DNA of 6,746 nucleotides from a virus (Duplodnaviria; Heunggongvirae; Uroviricota; Caudoviricetes): IMG/VR virus record IMGVR_UViG_2663763286_000009, positions 1 to 6,746 of that record; one strand, 5' to 3'. Shown piece by piece: positions 5,098 to 6,746 of this stretch (position 1 is its first letter; each line of letters starts with the position of its first letter). The notes under the pieces were generated by a model. It saw only the letters and a program-made list of their open reading frames with translations, ran no database searches and was not told where the DNA came from. The position numbers and the translations under genes were made by a program.

Positions 5098-5373
5098 ATG
5101 ATTACCAATTATGAAGCCACTGTTGTAACTACCGATGACATTGTTCACGAGGTGAATCTGGAAGGAAAGCGCATTGGCTACGTAATTAAAACAGAAAATA
5201 AAGAAACCCCATTCACTGTGGTTGATATCGATGGTCCATCAGGCAACGTAAAAACACTTGATGAAGGTGTCAAAAAAATGTGCCTGGTGCATATCGGAAA
5301 GAATCTGCCCGCAGAAAAAAAAGCCGAATTTCTGGCAACTCTAATTGCAATGAAATTAAAAGGTGAAATCTGA
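5098..5373 (+). CDS. racC: RacC, Rac prophage protein of unknown function (91 aa)
   Basis: MITNYEATVVTTDDIVHEVNLEGKRIGYVIKTENKETPFTVVDIDGPSGNVKTLDEGVKKMCLVHIGKNLPAEKKAEFLATLIAMKLKGEI. TAAGGAG 6 nt upstream of ATG 5098; the longer ORF from ATG 5050 has no Shine-Dalgarno. Confidence 0.8.
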   Translation: MITNYEATVVTTDDIVHEVNLEGKRIGYVIKTENKETPFTVVDIDGPSGNVKTLDEGVKKMCLVHIGKNLPAEKKAEFLATLIAMKLKGEI

Positions 5374-5378
5374 AAGAA

Positions 5379-5403
5379 ATAGCCTGCGTATGGCGCAGGC
5401 TAT
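5379..5403. terminator. Perfect 10-bp stem hairpin immediately after the racC stop; candidate terminator or RNA processing element upstream of recE
   Basis: ATAGCCTGCG (5379-5388), loop TATGG, CGCAGGCTAT (5394-5403). No clean U-tract on the plus strand; TTTCTTTC follows on the minus strand. Confidence 0.35.
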
Positions 5404-5474
5404 GAACAGTGTGTATCCGGCAAGATCATTCACTGAACAAAACGAATTTTAATCTGAGTTGAGGTTAAAAAACA

Positions 5475-6671
5475 ATGAGCACAAAACCACTCTTCCTGTT
5501 ACGGAAAGCGAAAAAATCATCCGGTGAACCTGACGTCGTCCTGTGGGCAAGCAACGATTTTGAATCGACCTGTGCCACTCTGGACTACCTGATCGTTAAG
5601 TCAGGTAAAAAACTGAGCAGCTATTTTAAAGCTGTTGCCACGAATTTTCCTGTCGTTAATGACCTGCCCGCTGAAGGTGAGATCGATTTTACCTGGAGTG
5701 AACGCTATCAACTCAGCAAAGACTCCATGACATGGGAACTAAAACCGGGAGCAGCACCAGACAACGCTCACTATCAAGGCAATACCAACGTCAACGGCGA
5801 AGACATGACTGAGATTGAGGAGAATATGCTACTCCCAATTTCTGGCCAGGAACTGCCCATTCGTTGGCTTGCTCAACACGGCAGCGAAAAACCGGTAACG
5901 CACGTTTCACGCGACGGACTCCAGGCATTACACATTGCTCGGGCTGAAGAACTACCGGCTGTTACTGCCCTGGCTGTTTCCCACAAAACCAGCCTGCTCG
6001 ACCCGCTGGAAATTCGCGAACTCCACAAACTGGTTCGTGACACTGACAAAGTTTTCCCTAATCCTGGTAATTCAAACCTGGGACTGATAACTGCTTTTTT
6101 CGAAGCATACCTGAACGCTGACTACACCGATCGAGGACTGCTGACAAAAGAGTGGATGAAGGGTAATCGTGTTTCACACATCACTCGCACGGCTTCCGGT
6201 GCTAATGCTGGCGGCGGAAACCTCACCGATCGCGGCGAAGGTTTCGTACACGATCTGACGTCACTGGCGCGCGACGTAGCCACTGGCGTACTGGCCCGTT
6301 CAATGGATCTGGACATCTATAACCTTCATCCGGCACACGCTAAACGCATTGAGGAAATTATCGCTGAAAATAAACCGCCCTTTTCTGTTTTCCGCGACAA
6401 ATTCATCACCATGCCTGGCGGGCTGGATTATTCCCGCGCCATCGTGGTTGCGTCCGTAAAAGAAGCACCAATTGGGATCGAGGTCATCCCCGCGCACGTC
6501 ACTGAATATCTGAACAAAGTACTGACTGAAACCGATCATGCCAACCCTGATCCGGAAATCGTGGATATTGCCTGCGGTCGCTCCTCTGCCCCAATGCCGC
6601 AGCGAGTAACAGAAGAAGGAAAACTGAGGTGTACTGGCAATAGCGGACACTACCATTTGTTCTTTTTTTAA
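5475..6671 (+). CDS. recE: RecE (exonuclease VIII) N-terminal region; ORF closes after 398 codons, so the C-terminal nuclease domain expected for full-length RecE is not encoded in this frame
   Basis: Starts [46 protein letters not shown]..., recognised as the RecE N-terminus. GAGG 7 nt upstream of ATG 5475. Stop TAA 6669-6671 directly after a T7 run; stops occur in all three forward frames within 6607-6699. Confidence 0.75.
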
Positions 6672-6746
6672 GCAGCCATCTGATGATATTTTTCCCTGAA
6701 GGCTGCCGGGGAGATATTCCCCAGACGAGAGTGACGACGCTGACGA

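Noticed and set aside
6122-6656. Minus-strand ORFs 6122-6316 and 6300-6656
   Set aside because: Antisense shadows inside the recE-like ORF.
1-6746. CRISPR arrays, tRNA or rRNA genes, integrase or attachment site
   Set aside because: No regularly spaced direct repeats with unique spacers, no cloverleaf-like tRNA candidates, no rRNA-like sequence, and no integrase ORF were seen. The window appears internal to the prophage early region.

Overview
This 6.7 kb window reads as the early (immunity / replication / recombination) region of a lambdoid, Rac-type prophage from an E. coli-like Enterobacteriaceae genome. Everything below is from reading the sequence by eye; no database search was run, so homology calls rest on recognised motifs and remembered protein sequences.

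Layout, left to right:
- 1-119 (+): C-terminal tail of an rve-type (IS3-family-like) transposase, abutting a 3'-disrupted ydaW-like ORF on the minus strand (120-729).
- 755-3049 (-): tightly packed operon ydaS (Cro-like HTH), ydaT, ydaU (O-like initiator with DnaT-like C-terminus), ydaV (DnaC-like loader).
- 3157-3618 (+): divergent racR-like repressor, with operator-like palindromes between the divergent promoters, followed by a bidirectional intrinsic terminator.
- 3619-4631: about 1 kb AT-rich gap with a strong promoter/operator module, a minus-strand 76-aa C4 zinc-ribbon ORF and terminator-like hairpins. No SieB-sized ORF is present.
- 4632-6671 (+): kilR, ydaE, racC and a recE-like ORF that closes after 398 codons.

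No rRNA, tRNA or CRISPR array was seen. The most interesting items are the repressor-kil gap (zinc-ribbon gene antisense to a promoter-to-terminator unit), a duplicated promoter/operator module, iteron-like palindromes inside ydaU (candidate origin), the short recE-like ORF and the IS/ydaW junction.
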